NCBI GenBank assembly: GCA_964270895.1
Contig: OZ185440.1
From: Podarcis filfolensis
Taxonomy: Eukaryota
Reading direction: 5' to 3' (one strand)
DNA: 64,000 bases
This document shows positions 12,998 through 26,085 of this stretch, in pieces (within the stretch, counting starts at the first letter, position 1; every line of letters begins with the position of its first letter). The notes under the pieces are model-generated. The model ran no database searches and was not told where the DNA came from. It was given only the letters and a program-made list of their open reading frames with translations. Both the position numbers and the translations under genes were made by a program.

Positions 12998-14029
12998 AAT
13001 TACACACACACACAATACTATGAAATTTATATGTAACTGGTGAACATTCCCCTAAAATGCATGGTTTTTAATCTTTTTTTCTGGAGAACATTCATTCTCA
13101 CACACTTTTTTTGGGTAACTGAAACTGCATTGCAAAATCTGAAGAAGTGTGTGCTCTGGCTTAATAGCTATGTACATAAAAAACTGGAATGGAATAATTT
13201 AAAATACCAACTGAAATAATTTTCTCCATCCCATGTTTCAGCAACATTCCCTAAGCCAATGTTTGTCTGCTTTCAGAACTCTGTTAATGACCACCACTTA
13301 CATATGAGAGAGCGAGCGTGCACACAAGCCTATGACTGAGTGTATGCGAAACTAATTCAGAGTTGAAATAAGTTGATGCTCTGTATCTCAAATACACAAA
13401 TCACGAGAATGACAGAGTGCTTCATGCTCCACTGGCTGGACTGTCCCTCGCTGCCTCCAAACCAGGAATGTTGAACATTTGAATACTTTCCATTATATGA
13501 AAATATGCAAACTCTCCCTGCAGTTAGAAAACTAGCACATAATGGAGATATTTGCTATGAGTGGCCAAAAGCAGCTATCTGCAATCGCTTAAACACATAC
13601 CCCATGCCAGATGTTTCAATTGGAGAAACATTTAATAATGATGTTGCAGCAGCTTCCAAGTGTGATGCAGTAACTTATCAGCCTGTAAGGCCTAGGACAT
13701 TTTTTAAAGGCCTTTTACATGATGGCCTCACAACATACAAAAAATGACTCCCTTCTAGAATTGCACCTTCTAGAATTTTATTTATAGAAATAAAATATAT
13801 CCCACAGTGGCTTAAAACAGACAAGCAATTTGAAACCCTATAAAATATCAAAACTATACACTAATTACGTTCAGCAGAATTATATCAGTATTTAGATCAA
13901 TTTCGATATGGGTTGAGTTCTGGCCATGGTCACTCTGATGGATGACCTTTACAGAGCGTAGGGCCAAGGGGAATGAGTGCAATCTTGCTCCTGCTTCTCA
14001 ATCTTTCTGCAGCTTTCAATATCACTGAC

Positions 14030-14473
14030 CAGAGGTTTTCAACCTTTTTGAGTCCACGGCTCCCTTGACCAACTACATTCTTTCTGTGGGGAAACATGCT
14101 CTGAGCCCCAGAAGCCCTTGCCTGTAGAGCCAGCAGCCCCTCACCCCTTTTCGAACACCCTCCCTTGCAGAGTGTTCCCTTAGCCTCCTCCCCTCTCTCC
14201 TTGGGAGTCCTCCAGGCGGCTACCAACCCGGTCTCTGAGCTGCCCCCACCCCAAAGAGAGGTGCCTCCTCCCTGGCTAGCACCAGAGGCTTCATTCGCCT
14301 GGGGAGCTTGTAGCCAGGGCTGCTGCAACGAACAGCTGTACACGCCTTTGGGAGGCAGAGACACAATAGGACATCAGAGAAGGAAAGAGGGACAGGTCAG
14401 TGTTGCCTGTGGCACCCCTGACCATCATTCAAGGCACCCCAGGGGGCTACGGCTCACTGGTTGAAAACCGCTG
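14030..14473. mobile_element. hAT non-autonomous element
   Basis: TIR cagaggttttcaacc / ggttgaaaaccgctg; degenerate TSD tcactgac / ccattgac (6/8). Confidence 0.75.
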
Positions 14474-14519
14474 CCATTGACCATGGTATCTTCCTGGACT
14501 GGCTCTGCGGGAAGGGAAT

Positions 14520-14990
14520 TAGAGCGCTGTGTTACAGTGGCTCCAGTCCTGTCTACAGGACCAAGTCCAAAAAGCGTTAATAGGAGAGTGCTTTTTGACC
14601 CCTGGTCAAAATGCTGTGCGGTGTGGCTGTGAACTATTCAATCCCCAGTGCTATCTAGCTGTGGCACTGGCACTATTACAGATGCCTCATAACACCTGTT
14701 CCACACCTGTAAGTCAATCTTTTAGTGTGGCAGCATCTACAACTTTGGAACTCCTTGCCTATTGACATCAGGCAGGAGTCTTTCCTGTATTCTTTATGGT
14801 GCCTGCTTAAAATGTTTTTTTTTTGTTTTTTGTTCAAGCAAGCCATTCCAGACATGTAGAAGCTTACGTGTGTTTTTAGCTACTGTTGTTTTTAATCATC
14901 TTTTGACTGCTTTCAAATAAACTGTTTTTATCAATAATTTTAATGTTTTATTTTAAATTTTTGTAAAGCCATCAAATGGCATATAAAGCT
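14520..14990 (+). mobile_element. L2 3' end fragment
   Basis: Contains ttttagtgtggcagcatc...ctttggaactccttgcctattgacatcaggcagg, typical of the L2 3' UTR, then an AT-rich tail. Confidence 0.6.
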
Positions 14991-15434
14991 TGTTTATATA
15001 AATATATAAACAAAATGTATTTTTTTAAAAAGTATAAACATAAAAATAAAATGTTCCCTTTTCCTACATAGGTCAGTATTTGACTCTACTCAAAGTGCCC
15101 TGTTCCCAATGCAGTTTGTGGCACTAGGGATGAGATTGCAGATGCAAGACCATGAATACTGGAATATAATCAAAAGAAAATGAAAAAGCCCTTAGTGACA
15201 GTGCTGATTAATTACCATGGTCACAAAGTGACCTTATCTCCTTTCTACTTGTTTGATACAAGCACTCTAATTAGCTACCCCTTTTTTCCTTAAGAATCAA
15301 ATCACCATAATACTGTGGAACAATGAACCAGAGAAGAGATACACTTGCAATTATTGGCATTTACTAATAAGATAATGAATTTTAGCCCTTTTTTTTTTAC
15401 AGGGACTTGGAAGTAATTAAGTAATATTTCATAC

Positions 15435-15474
15435 CTTTACATACTCCATAGCTGGGTCCATAGCATTCTGATCT
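15435..15474 (-). CDS. BCAR3: BCAR3 40-nt coding exon (R)DQNAMDPAMEYVK
   Basis: Acceptor cttctcctttgcag|A and donor AAG|gtatga. Its phase joins exon 2 (AG+A = Arg). The peptide matches recalled BCAR3 RDPHLLDPTVEYVK, just before the SH2-containing exons. Confidence 0.93.
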
Positions 15475-16987
15475 CTGCAAAGGAGAAGTACAGCAATGAG
15501 TACAAAGGTTTTGTCTGATTTAGAACAAAATCAACATTTTATTTGCTTTTTGGATCAAGTGGCATGAATAATGCAACACACTACACGCACAAGTTGAAAG
15601 CTTAGGAACTGTAGAGCATCTGTTTATTTATCTGCCATTGTTATAATTCACATACTATGTGCATCATGATCATGTTCATCTTATCGTATTCAAAGGCAGA
15701 ATTAGAATCAGTTTACACAACCACTTTAAACGATTGTTTACAATTCATGCTCACCTTTTAGAGAGATGATTATATGAGCATGCCATGGCCAAATAGGAAA
15801 AAAATACTGAAGACTGCATCTCTCTCATTTATATCTCTTTAAAAACCAAATGCAAGGAGATGTGAAACTGCTCAAGTAAATGAACCCATACTATCAAAGG
15901 CACACATCAGAAAAATACAGAACTGTACTGTGTTGTAATAATAAAGGGAAACCATCACAGAAGTAGTCTCTCTCACTTTGGGGAAGGGGCCATTTAAGTT
16001 GAATATATTGCTTTCAACTTACTGTGTTGACTGTGGGTTTTATATAAAGCATGGGATGGTATTAGTTCTATTCAAACCAACAGTGAGCTACGCCAAAAGT
16101 TACAAATGAGATGTGGACTGTACCCATAGTCTTAATTCTTCAGAACAACAAGAAGTAGAAATTAATTGCATACACAGGCTATCATTTTACTGCATTTTCT
16201 ACCACACTTTTTATCACATATCTACACTTGGAAGAGCAATAAAATCATTCTTAACACTTGGCAGTGAGATACAGATGATCAAGCTACTTCAAGGATAGGT
16301 TGTCCAAAGGAAGCTTGGCTTACTACAGTCATCCTGCCAAAAAATAACAAAAGTATTATAACACACCCTTCCAATGGGCAACCCAGTGTGCCGCACCACA
16401 ACATCTTGTGTTGTGAAAGTGTCATTTGGATGTTCAAATTAATCTATTCTGGAGTAAAAATGAAGAGGGCCAGCTGTGAATGTATTTGTTTGTCTAAGGC
16501 GGCAATGTAAGTAAATCCCACTGAAATCTGAGGGCCTTATTTTGCGGTAAACACATTTAGGACAGATTGTGCTGTATGACAAGCATCTTCTCAGAGGACA
16601 TTTGTTAAGTTGAACTTCTGCTTGTAACTTGATATCCAAGTTCAAAAAAATTTAATGGGCTGCAATTTACTTTCTCTGGAGCCAATTTGATAAGGAATTC
16701 TGTTTTCCAGTCTCTGCACTGTTTCAGAAAAGATTATTTTAAGCTCTCCAAAATCCAGAAGTCTATAAACTGAGTGAGGTCCAGTATTCATGCTCATCTG
16801 AGGTAAATGACATGTGCACAGCTTCTGTCCTGGCTGGGATACAAAGCTAAGGTAGCAGCAGAGTAGAGTAAGGTACCAGTTCAGAGCAGAAACAAAGATT
16901 GGACCAGATTAAATACAAATGTCTCCCATTTGCCCCATGTGTGGGCCCATACTGGGGAGTAAGAGCATGTTTTAGCTCCCTGTCCAC

Positions 16988-17207
16988 CAGTGCCGTAGGA
17001 AGGGGGGATGGAGGGGGCAATCCGCCCCAGGTGCCACTCTGGGAGAAGTGACAAGATGGCCCCTGCCTCCCCCCAGCTGTAGAGCAGCCAAGGGCGCCCG
17101 CAGTCCATATGGGCGCCGCTCGTGCAGCATCCGTACGGAATGCCACACATGCGCAGTCCGTACAACTTGCACCGCCCCAGGTGCCGGAGAAGGTTGCTCC
17201 GTCACTG
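16988..17207. mobile_element. hAT (Tip100/Blackjack-like ends) MITE
   Basis: Ends cagtgccgtag / ctccgtcactg; perfect 8-bp TSD ctgtccac (16980-16987, 17208-17215); internal direct repeat ccgccccaggtgcc. Confidence 0.85.
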
Positions 17208-17279
17208 CTGTCCACCCAGTGCACCTGACCCATTTTTGTTGTTCCTGGATGTCACTGGATTGTATGCAAGTCTTATTCA

Positions 17280-17760
17280 AGAAAATAAAGAGAACCTGCT
17301 GGATCAGGCCAATGGCCCATGTAGTCCAGCATCCTGTCCTCACAGTGGCCAGCTGGATACCCCTGGGACCCACAAGCAAAACTTGAGCAGAGGAGAGCTC
17401 TCTCCTCCTGCAGAACTGATACAGTGGTACCTCAGTTTACGAACTTAATCCATTCCGGAAGTCCGTTTTTAAACCAAAACCGTTCTTAAAGCGAGGCACA
17501 TTTTCCCTAATGAGACCTCCCACAGCCGGTGCCCTCCACAGTTCGGATTCCGTTCTTAGACCGAGGTACAGTTCTCAAACCAGGACACTATTTCCGGTTT
17601 TGCGGAGTTTGTAAACCAAATTGTTCTTAAACCGGACTGTTCTTAAACCGAGGTACCACTGTATTCTGAAGCACTGCTGCCTCAAACTTTGGAGGCAGAG
17701 CATAACCATCATGATGAGCATCCATTGATGGTTTCATGGAGGATAAGGCTATCCTCCAAT
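17280..17760 (-). mobile_element. CR1-type 3' end fragment interrupted by a Tigger-like MITE
   Basis: aagagaacctgctggatcaggccaatggcccatgtagtccagcatcctg family, also at ~8960, ~34140 and ~47755. The sequence resumes after the MITE at 17664. Confidence 0.55.
17422..17661. mobile_element. Tc1/mariner (Tigger-like) 240-bp MITE, second family
   Basis: TIR cagtggtacctc / gaggtaccactg with TA on both sides. Confidence 0.9.
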
Positions 17761-17894
17761 AAACTCCTTTAAGTTACTAATTTACAGTACCATTTACTGT
17801 TGCAATGTTTTAATGAAATGATTTCTTGTAACGAAGCTCTATTTTGAGCTATCCCCTGAGATTTTTCCTTTTGAGAGGAATTCATGCATGTGTG

Positions 17895-18320
17895 TGTGTG
17901 TATCAGAATGGAAGACTGCAGAATCCACAAGGACGTGCTCTACAGGGAGATGGCTTCAGGCACCAGGCTCTTTGGCAGACCAACTCTGCGTTACAAAGAT
18001 GTCTGCAAATGTGACCATGAGGGCTGTGGCAACGTCAACCCTGCCATGCGGGAAGCCCTTGAAGATGACAACAGCGCCTGGAGATGATCGGTCAGATTGT
18101 GTATCCACAGCAGTGACCAGAGGAGGAATGACCACTGGGAGGAGTGCAGAGAGAAGAAATGCCATGGTGCATCTGCATCTGCACAACTGGATGCCTTCAT
18201 GAGCCCCAGCTGCAAAGAAACATGTCTCTCCCATATCGGTCTCTACAGCCACAGAAGACGCTGTAATCTTCCAATGGTTTGACCTCACAAAGGCACACTC
18301 CTCCATTGTTTCTCAGGACA
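17895..18320 (+). mobile_element. RTE/BovB LINE 3' fragment
   Basis: Peptide RMEDCRIHKDVLYREMASGTRLFGRPTLRYKDVCK matches the RTE ORF C-terminus (RM.D.R.PK.LLYGEL..G.R..GRP.LR.KD.CK), followed by a CxxC...GLYSH remnant. Confidence 0.85.
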
Positions 18321-18360
18321 GATATATAGGTAGGTAGGTAGGTAGGCATCTAATATAAGC

Positions 18361-18496
18361 CAGGCTTCCTCAAACTCGGCCCTCCAGATGTTTTTGGCCT
18401 ACAACTCCCATTATCCCTAGGTAGCAGGACCAGTGGTCAGGGATGATGGGAATTGTAGTCTCAAAACATCTGGAGGGCTGAGTTTGAGGAAGCCTG
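18361..18496. mobile_element. 136-bp palindromic hAT MITE (same family as 1036)
   Basis: Same TIRs as the 1036 copy; TSD not cleanly preserved. Confidence 0.85.
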
Positions 18497-19270
18497 ATAA
18501 CAAGCTTTTTCATATTGACTTGCCATCTATCTCCCCACCCCACAAACCAAAGACAGCTGGCTACAGGCTTGCGTACGTATGCGAAAACATTCCCAGAGCT
18601 GTGCCTCTTAAGGTTATCAGCTACAATCCCCCCCATTTATTTCTCTGCAAGCAACATATTAAAGAGACCAATAAAGAAAACAAACCACCACTGTTACAGT
18701 CTCTTACCACCAATTCTAATTAGCCATGTTTATGGGGTCACCAGAGATAAATCAACAGGATTACAACTGTGCTCAAACACAGCTGCTCATTGAGACCTTG
18801 AGTATCAGTTGCAATTGAAAGCTTGTTTCGCTGCCTTAATAAGCCATCTTTCATCTGGCATTATAAAAAGTTCCTAGTTAAAAGGGATCTTAACTTTCTG
18901 TAAGAACCCACCTACATCACTACCTCCCTGGGGTATCTTTTGCTGTTTGCTTACAGGCTGCTTTCTACTTGCATATACGGAGCCGTGGGGCTCACACAAG
19001 TGTAGAGTTTGCACTGTATGTTTGGCTTCCCAGTCATCAGATAAGTCTTATTTCCATGTCAACAAAAGAGCATTTGATGTAGAGAGTAGCTCATTAGCAT
19101 TGGAAAGGAAAAGATGTTTTGTTCTTTAGAAGATAAGAGAACAATTATAACAAAAAGCAGCTTCTCAATTGAAGAACAGCATCAATTTAGGAACTATTTG
19201 GGGTGACATCACAGACACTCAGAAACTGCACACTAGAGGCAAAACAACCCAATGTTGCTTGCCTTTAGAG

Positions 19271-19518
19271 CAGGGGTCAGCAAACTTTCAGCAGGGGGCC
19301 AGTCCACTGTCCCTCAGACCTTGTGGCCGGGCTGGACTATATTTTTTTTGGGGGGGCAATGGATTCCTATGCCCCACAAATAACCTAGAGGTACATTTTA
19401 AATAAAAGGACACATTCCACTCATGTAAAAACACGCTGATTCCCAGACGGTCTGCGGGCCAGATTTAGAAGGCGACTGGGCCAGATCCAGCCCCTGGACC
19501 TTAGTTTGCCTACCCATG
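19271..19518 (+). mobile_element. hAT (Charlie-like) MITE
   Basis: Ends caggggtcagcaaac / gtttgcctacccatg; perfect TSD ctttagag. Confidence 0.9.
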
Positions 19519-22500
19519 CTTTAGAGTGCTAACCTTTGGATGCCTTTTGGAGGCATCAACATTTCCCTCCAGTTTTAAGCATCTCTCTCTCACACACATA
19601 CCTCTGACTTGCAAATCCTGCTACTAAATGAGATATTTCTATTCAAAGCAGCAAAGACATTACTGTTAGTATGATAGCATACTGCAGTTGTGCTGGATCC
19701 AGAGAACTCAGTTGTAAGCCCTATTTAGCATGAAGTCTTGGTGTGGTGCTTCAGTGCTGGAAGAAGAAATATTCGCCTTCCATACATACAAAAATTGATT
19801 AACAATTTTCACTCCATGTCCCTATCTGAGCTGACAAAGTTTTGATGTGACTGCAAAAATGAAAAATACACAAACACTAAAATGAGCCTTTCTTGAGACA
19901 TATGTCCCATAGATGGCAGCCCAGTTTGTGTTCATAATTTATATTGTTAATGTACGAGATGAGAGCATTAATAAAATGAAATGAATGAAACAAATTTGGA
20001 AAACTATGGTATCCTTTTATTGAATTTGCATATAAAAAGGGAAAACCATTTTGCACCACCTTGAATGCATGGTAACCTATGGAAAACTGATCTTGGTTAA
20101 ATGCAGTGCTTTTTTCTTTAAAAAATGTTTAAGGGTACTCTCATTTTCCTACTCATATTGAAATACTGCTCCTCAATGAGGTCAAACTTAGATTCACAAA
20201 AATGCGTCCCCCTGTGCATCCCCCCAGAAAAAGCACTGGTTAAATGTATTATTTTTACGTCCTTCTCAGTACTGATTGGGGATGACTGACCTGGTGACCT
20301 GTACAACTGCTCGGTCTGCTGTCAAGGTGCAGAATGTCAATGCACAGCTCAAAGAACCCTGCTCTCCCTTCTTATGGTTCTTTATCAACTTGAACCACAC
20401 AACCATTCAAACAGAGAACTGTAAACAACTAGGGCACATAACCACCACGTGTCAGTGGAATTTCAGAACTCCTAACTTCAGCAGGATCATGCATAAAGAG
20501 TTACATAACATTACTTATGCAAGTGGCTCATCACAAGACTGATCCAAGAAAACTTTTTTGTCCTCTAAAACTTTGCATCAAGTAAATTTAGTTCACATTT
20601 CTACTGGTTACAATAATCTATAGCATTTTAGCACTGCATTTTGCACACAATATTTGAATACAGTCTTTGAACAGTATTACCACACCAAAAATAAAAGCTA
20701 AAAAGCAGTTTCCTTTAGGTTTCAAATAGCTCCACTTCTGTCATCTACCAAGCACTTCACAGCTGGACTCCAATTCATTATCAATGCTCATTCTTAGGAC
20801 TCTTAGATGCATAAATCTCTTGAGATGAGAATGCATTCTTTGGCATTTGGTATCTGTCAATTAAGTTAACCAACACGTACACTCCTCGAGTACATGGCAT
20901 GTGCTCATTTCACAAGTAAGGAGTTGTCCGTGTGTGTGTCAGTCACTAGTTCAGGAGATTTGAAACTGAGTAAGCATGTAAGTGTAAAACAAATTTGAAA
21001 GGCTTCCCCTACCCAGACTTAGAATCACCAGAGCAAAATGTGAAAGCTAAGACACAGAGCATTGCAGTGAAGCTGGATCTCGGAAGCCTTTTTAAAACAG
21101 AAGAACCAAGTGGTTGGGGGACAACTATATTGTTCATTAAGTTCCTTAAAATACCATTCAAACCTGAACTGTGCAAACAGAACTCCTATAGAGTTTCAGT
21201 ACAGCATTCGCTGCCAGCAGCTTCTGAACTTGCTGCAGTTCTGGGGCAGGCCATTACAAATCATTCCTTGGTGTCACAGTGCTTATTTTTCCCAAGCTCC
21301 CGGCATGCAGCTCTACTCCTCCTGTACACAATCTGCATGTCAGAGGTGGTGTGGGGAACAGCAGGTGTTAGGATGCCTGCAGTTAAGGTGCAGAAGGACC
21401 CTGGCTGACATGGCCCGACTTGAGCATTTGCCAAACTATACCTGTATGTGCAACCAAGACTTCAGGAATACATTAGGATTCAAACGCCAAAGCAAATCCC
21501 AACAAGGTCAACAGGATATCTTATCCATCTACCAAAGAAGAATGCTGGTATGTGAACTCTATATACCAACATTGCAACAGACCACACTGTGCTCATAGGA
21601 AACTGTGGCTTCCAGTTCTCTGAAAATTCACTTTTCTTTTCTTTTTAGCTCAAATGCAAAGAAGTGATCTCAAATGCCAAGAGGTCAGAATGGAAGTTAT
21701 TCATGCCTGAGGGTTCCAAGTTATGCTCTCCCTCTACCCCTCCCCATTTTGCTCCTCTTTTACATCAGCAATGGACATAGAGTTACCAAATGGTGCTGCA
21801 ACAGTAATTTCCTGTATTGGGAATAGATGACCTTTGAGTTACCTTCCAACTCCAAGATTCCAAGTCAGATGAGGCTTAGGGAAGCTTGGCATGAAGTCAA
21901 TGAGCCAGGAGACAAAGCCTACCAAGCAGTCTTGAGTCACCTAATGAGCCTTCCTTCTATTTTGTTGAGGTCCAAAGCAGTAGAACTCCCAGCTGATCTC
22001 AAAATAATTTCTACCATTCACTTGCAGCTGCAGGAGAGCTTCCTAAGCCATAACAGCGATATAGATGGTGCTTCCATTATCCATGCAGCTGATGGACATT
22101 TGCAAAGCAATGTGCACATCAGTGCTCTCAGAATTAAACAAGCCCTGTGTGTTTCAAATGCTTATACCCCTTCCTTTAACAAGCATGCTTGCTCCTTTTA
22201 AATAGCCATAAATCTTTCCAGGACAAAATTATCAACAAGTTTATGTCTCTGCATTCTCACAGCAGCCGTTCTTCGCTATGCACTTTTGAAATACTTTTAA
22301 ATACTTGAGTAGCTGATACTGAATGATGACTTGACTGAGCATCATGAGATAAGAAAGGAATTTTTAAATAAAGTTAAAAAAAATTGAAATCCGTATGCAT
22401 AAGTTGCCTGAAGGGCACTGCGCATTCCAGAGACCTACTTGCATTTTTCTTCCCTTCTTCTCTCTCATTTTTAATGTCTTTGTAATGCGAGTTAACTTCT

Positions 22501-23074
22501 GCTATGCATTCACTTTCGCTCTAGAGTGCCAGTGTATATTTGTATTTAAAAATATGTATCATGATTTTGCAACCAGAGCATTCCTGCATTATAGCCAAAT
22601 AGAATTTTTGCACTACATAATCAACTCTACAGGTTTACTGTGAGAGTTACAGAGCCAAACAACAATAGTTGAAATCAGGACACTTGGTTTGGTCAAGCCT
22701 CCTCAGGAACGTGCTCAGAGGTAGATTTCAATAAAACTGTAATATACACAAGTTATAAAGCTGAAAATACTCTGCCATAGCTCACAAACCATATGTGCTC
22801 TCAGATATGCCAGTAACAAAAGCTTCTCTCAGGAATGATTTTACATTCTACAGCCCGGGACACATGCCTGAACAGAACGTGCATGTCTGCTTCATGTGCT
22901 TGGATATGTATTTTACAGAGCACCAAAAAGGAAAACATATGAGAGCGACAATGAGGAAGCTATCATGTCCCCATTTCAAATATATTTTGGAAGGGACAAG
23001 TGTCAAAATATAAATGTCATACTAAACTGTTGGTGCATTTTGATGATTCAGGTCTTATTTCTTTTGTGCATGTC

Positions 23075-23105
<31 letters not shown>

Positions 23106-23295
23106 TTTTATTGTTTATACCCTGCCCATTTGGCTGGGTTTCCCCATTCACTCCAGGCGGCTTACAGAATATATAAAACTTAATAAAGCATCAAACATTA
23201 AAAACTTCCCAGTACAGGGCTGCCTTCAGGTGTCTTCTCCTGGACATCTGAAGGGAGGGTGTTCCACAGGGAGGGTGCCACTACTGAGAAGGCAT
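23075..23295 (-). mobile_element. L2 3' end with (TTTA)n tail
   Basis: Tail 23075-23109, then tataccctgccc...gggctgccttcaggtgtctt...gttccacagggagggtgccactactgagaaggc, the reverse complement of the L2 at 42050. Confidence 0.8.
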
Positions 23296-25269
23296 TTTAC
23301 ATTTACTATGTAAAATAATTTTATATACCACCCTTTTCCATAAAGGCCTCAGAGTGGTAATAAAAAAAATATATAAAAGGCATATATCTGAGCACTGGCA
23401 GCAAAAGGGAGATTTGGCCCAATGTGTCAATAAAGGCAACTCAAGGCAAACCTCTGCATCTCAAACATTCTAAAACTACAAGACTGCTTTGTTTATACTG
23501 ATAGTGAAAGTGGAAAAGCATGTAGCACCAGCATAATGTTCTCCATATAAGCTTGCAAATGCCAGATACTTGGGACTGTTCTTTATTACTTCATATATGC
23601 TGAGGAATGTTCTTTATTACTTCATATATTTCTTTCTTTAAAGAGGAGACATGGCTAGAACAGTGACTCAAACAGTCTTTTGTGTCGGCAGGCGAGGGTT
23701 TTTTTGGGGGGGGCATCCTAGGCGTTTGTGAATTAAATTTTAAGACACACTAAACTTGGGACACGCTATTGTGCCCAGGAAGAGTTTGGAATTATTACAC
23801 CGTGTTAAGCAAAATCTCTGCCTGCCCTCTTCCCAATTTCCAACTGCCAAGGCTGCACAAAACACCACTGTTTATGTACATGCTAAACAGTCACATGCAT
23901 TTATAATAAATAATATGCTTAAACAGCTACATTCTCGCTTGCTTGCTTGCTTGCTTGCTTGGGGACATCAGTGCAATCTCTTACCCCACTATAGCAACAC
24001 ACTAGATTGCTTACGTGAAAGAAGGCCTGTGAAATCCAGCAGCAGAGCATTCTTCTTCTGATAGTATCTCTGCCTATTTGTACCATCCAGTAAAATAGCA
24101 AAAGTTAGACAAGGCAATAAGTTCATAAACCAGCTCAAACAAGCAGCAACCTTCTGATAAGGTTGCTCTACAACAACAATAAGCCCCCTCCTTAGGGCAT
24201 TTCTTTCCATGTGATCTCAATCAAGAAGACTCGCACAGCAGGGCCATGCACCCTGCACCACACAATTGTACTCCATAACAGCTCCTCCCAAACACTGTTG
24301 ACATGGTAGAGGACGGTCTGAAGAGGATATATCTAATGACATGTGTAGGCTCTATCCTACACATGCAGCTCATGGAGACAGCTTACAATCCATTCAGCTG
24401 GATTTCCCCCTTCAGATCTTCCCATGACAGGTTGACAAGTGTGAGGGTGGGGGCACAGACAATAGCACACACAGGGTGAGCATGTGCTAATCTGCTGTCC
24501 CTACGCAACTGAGATCACATGGAGGGAAACACAGGGGCGGGTCTACTATGAAATTAATGAAGCTTAAGCTTCAGGGGCCCTAATCCGGGAGGAGCCCCAG
24601 AAGCAACTTTAGTCCACATTGCTTAAAAATTTGGGGTCTGGGAGACCCAATATAAGTCGCACTTGGATGTTTACAAAATGTGTCTGAACTCAATCAAAGT
24701 TCATGTACGTAAGTTGACATTAAACAACAAAAAACCCCCATATATTTACTGTTAACATTGTGATTCCTAGTATCTGGACTGCTTGTTCTTCAAGCCCTTT
24801 TCAAAGCCAAATTATAAAGTTCAGGGAGAAATAGTACCTCACTTATAATAGCAAGCCATTCTTTCTTCTTTACAGTGCAGTAAATGTAACACCGTATTTT
24901 AAAAGATGTATTATCACAGATCTATAGAACTATTGTCGAAATAGGTCTCTAGAAGTCAACCGATTCCCACACCCTTCTCTCTCTCCAGCATTCATCATCT
25001 GAAGTCTATGCACCTGCATGGAAAACAGGATTAACACAAACCACTCAAGAGATGATTATACACAGCTACTTTATAAAAGCTTCCAGAGCCAAGGATTCCA
25101 CAACCTTCACTTGGTGACTCAATAGCTGTTGGACTGTGGTAAGCAATATTACTGAGGAACACATCACCCACCACTGTCCCACATTATAGTACTTTGTGGC
25201 TACCATAATTTAAGGAAAAGTTGAATAATGAGTTCCATGGTGAAGAGATACTTGACATTAACAAGCCAA

Positions 25270-26085
25270 GTACCAAGTTGAGCAAACTAAAACATTTTAG
25301 ACTAAGAAAAGATACCTCGAAGTTTTGCGACATTTGCAAAACTGAATAAAGATCACCTCCATCGCTTTCATCTGAGTAGCTGATAAAAATGTTGAAGGGA
25401 ACCAGGTCTAGAACAGAGCTCTGCAGTACTCAGTTTGAAACCACCCTTCAGTTTGATGAGAAACCATTGGTGATCTGTGAGTATAGTTTTCCAACCAACT
25501 TTGCTGAAATCAAGGTAAATTACATCCACCACATTTCCATAATCAACTACACTACTAACCCAAAGAGAGGCAGGGGTATCAGGCAGAAGTTACACTCAAC
25601 AAATCCATGCTAGGCTTTCTGCTAATCACTGCATTGTTATGAAGATGCTTACAACAAAATGCTTATTGGGACTTTATGTTCTAGCACAGTGGTTCCCAAT
25701 TAGATAATTACTGAGGACCCCCTATTTTTCAAAAGCCAAGCTACAGACCCCTTACTTTTGAAAATTTTGATAACTCTATGGTAGTTAGCTCTACAAAGCA
25801 TTTTTTTAAACAAAATGTGGGGTAGCAAAGGATTTTAGGTATACTAAAAAAACACAGACCATAAAATTTGTGATATTACCATGCAAAAATGACAAAAAAT
25901 TAGTTGTGGGAGAGGCAAGGGATGGGGCCGCGGACCCCCTGTGTGCGTTCCACAGACCCCCAGGGATCCCTGGACCCCTAATTGGGAACCACTGTTCTAG
26001 CATCTTCCTTGGTAATGAAGTCAGATTGACCAGCCTGTAATCTACTGAATTCTCCCTCTTCCTTTTTTTTAAAAGATTGGCCATC
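25270..26085 (-). mobile_element. Decayed CR1 LINE reverse-transcriptase fragment
   Basis: Minus-strand peptides KRENSVDYRLVNLTSLPRKMLEQ, VDVIYLDFSK and LQSSVLDLVPFNIFI correspond to CR1 RT motifs (GNYRPVSLTS.PGK.LEQ; VD.IYLDFSKAFD; PQGSVLGP.LFNIFI). Confidence 0.85.
25687..25994. mobile_element. hAT (Charlie-like) MITE nested in the CR1 fragment
   Basis: TIR cagtggttcccaa / ttgggaaccactg; perfect TSD ttctagca. Confidence 0.9.

Noticed and set aside
13930-14464. 144-aa and 99-aa ORFs
   Set aside because: They lie mostly inside a GC-rich non-autonomous hAT element; no transposase motifs.
1-15434. Search for the next BCAR3 exon (FSKERHIMD...SH2) and for a recalled alternative N-terminal coding exon
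   Set aside because: No matching peptide with splice sites found by eye; these exons probably lie left of the window.
20291-20388. Possible 98-nt poison exon (donor CAG|gtcagt; AGT TGA TAA after exon 2)
   Set aside because: The acceptor is AAG with almost no pyrimidine tract. Tandem stops are common by chance, and there is no other support.
20995-22201. Longest plus-strand ORFs (137, 162 and 124 aa)
   Set aside because: No recognisable domain, antisense within a BCAR3 intron, and lengths expected by chance.
22320-22345. C/D-box-like ATGATGA...CTGA
   Set aside because: The boxes are only a few bases apart, with no room for a guide and no terminal stem.
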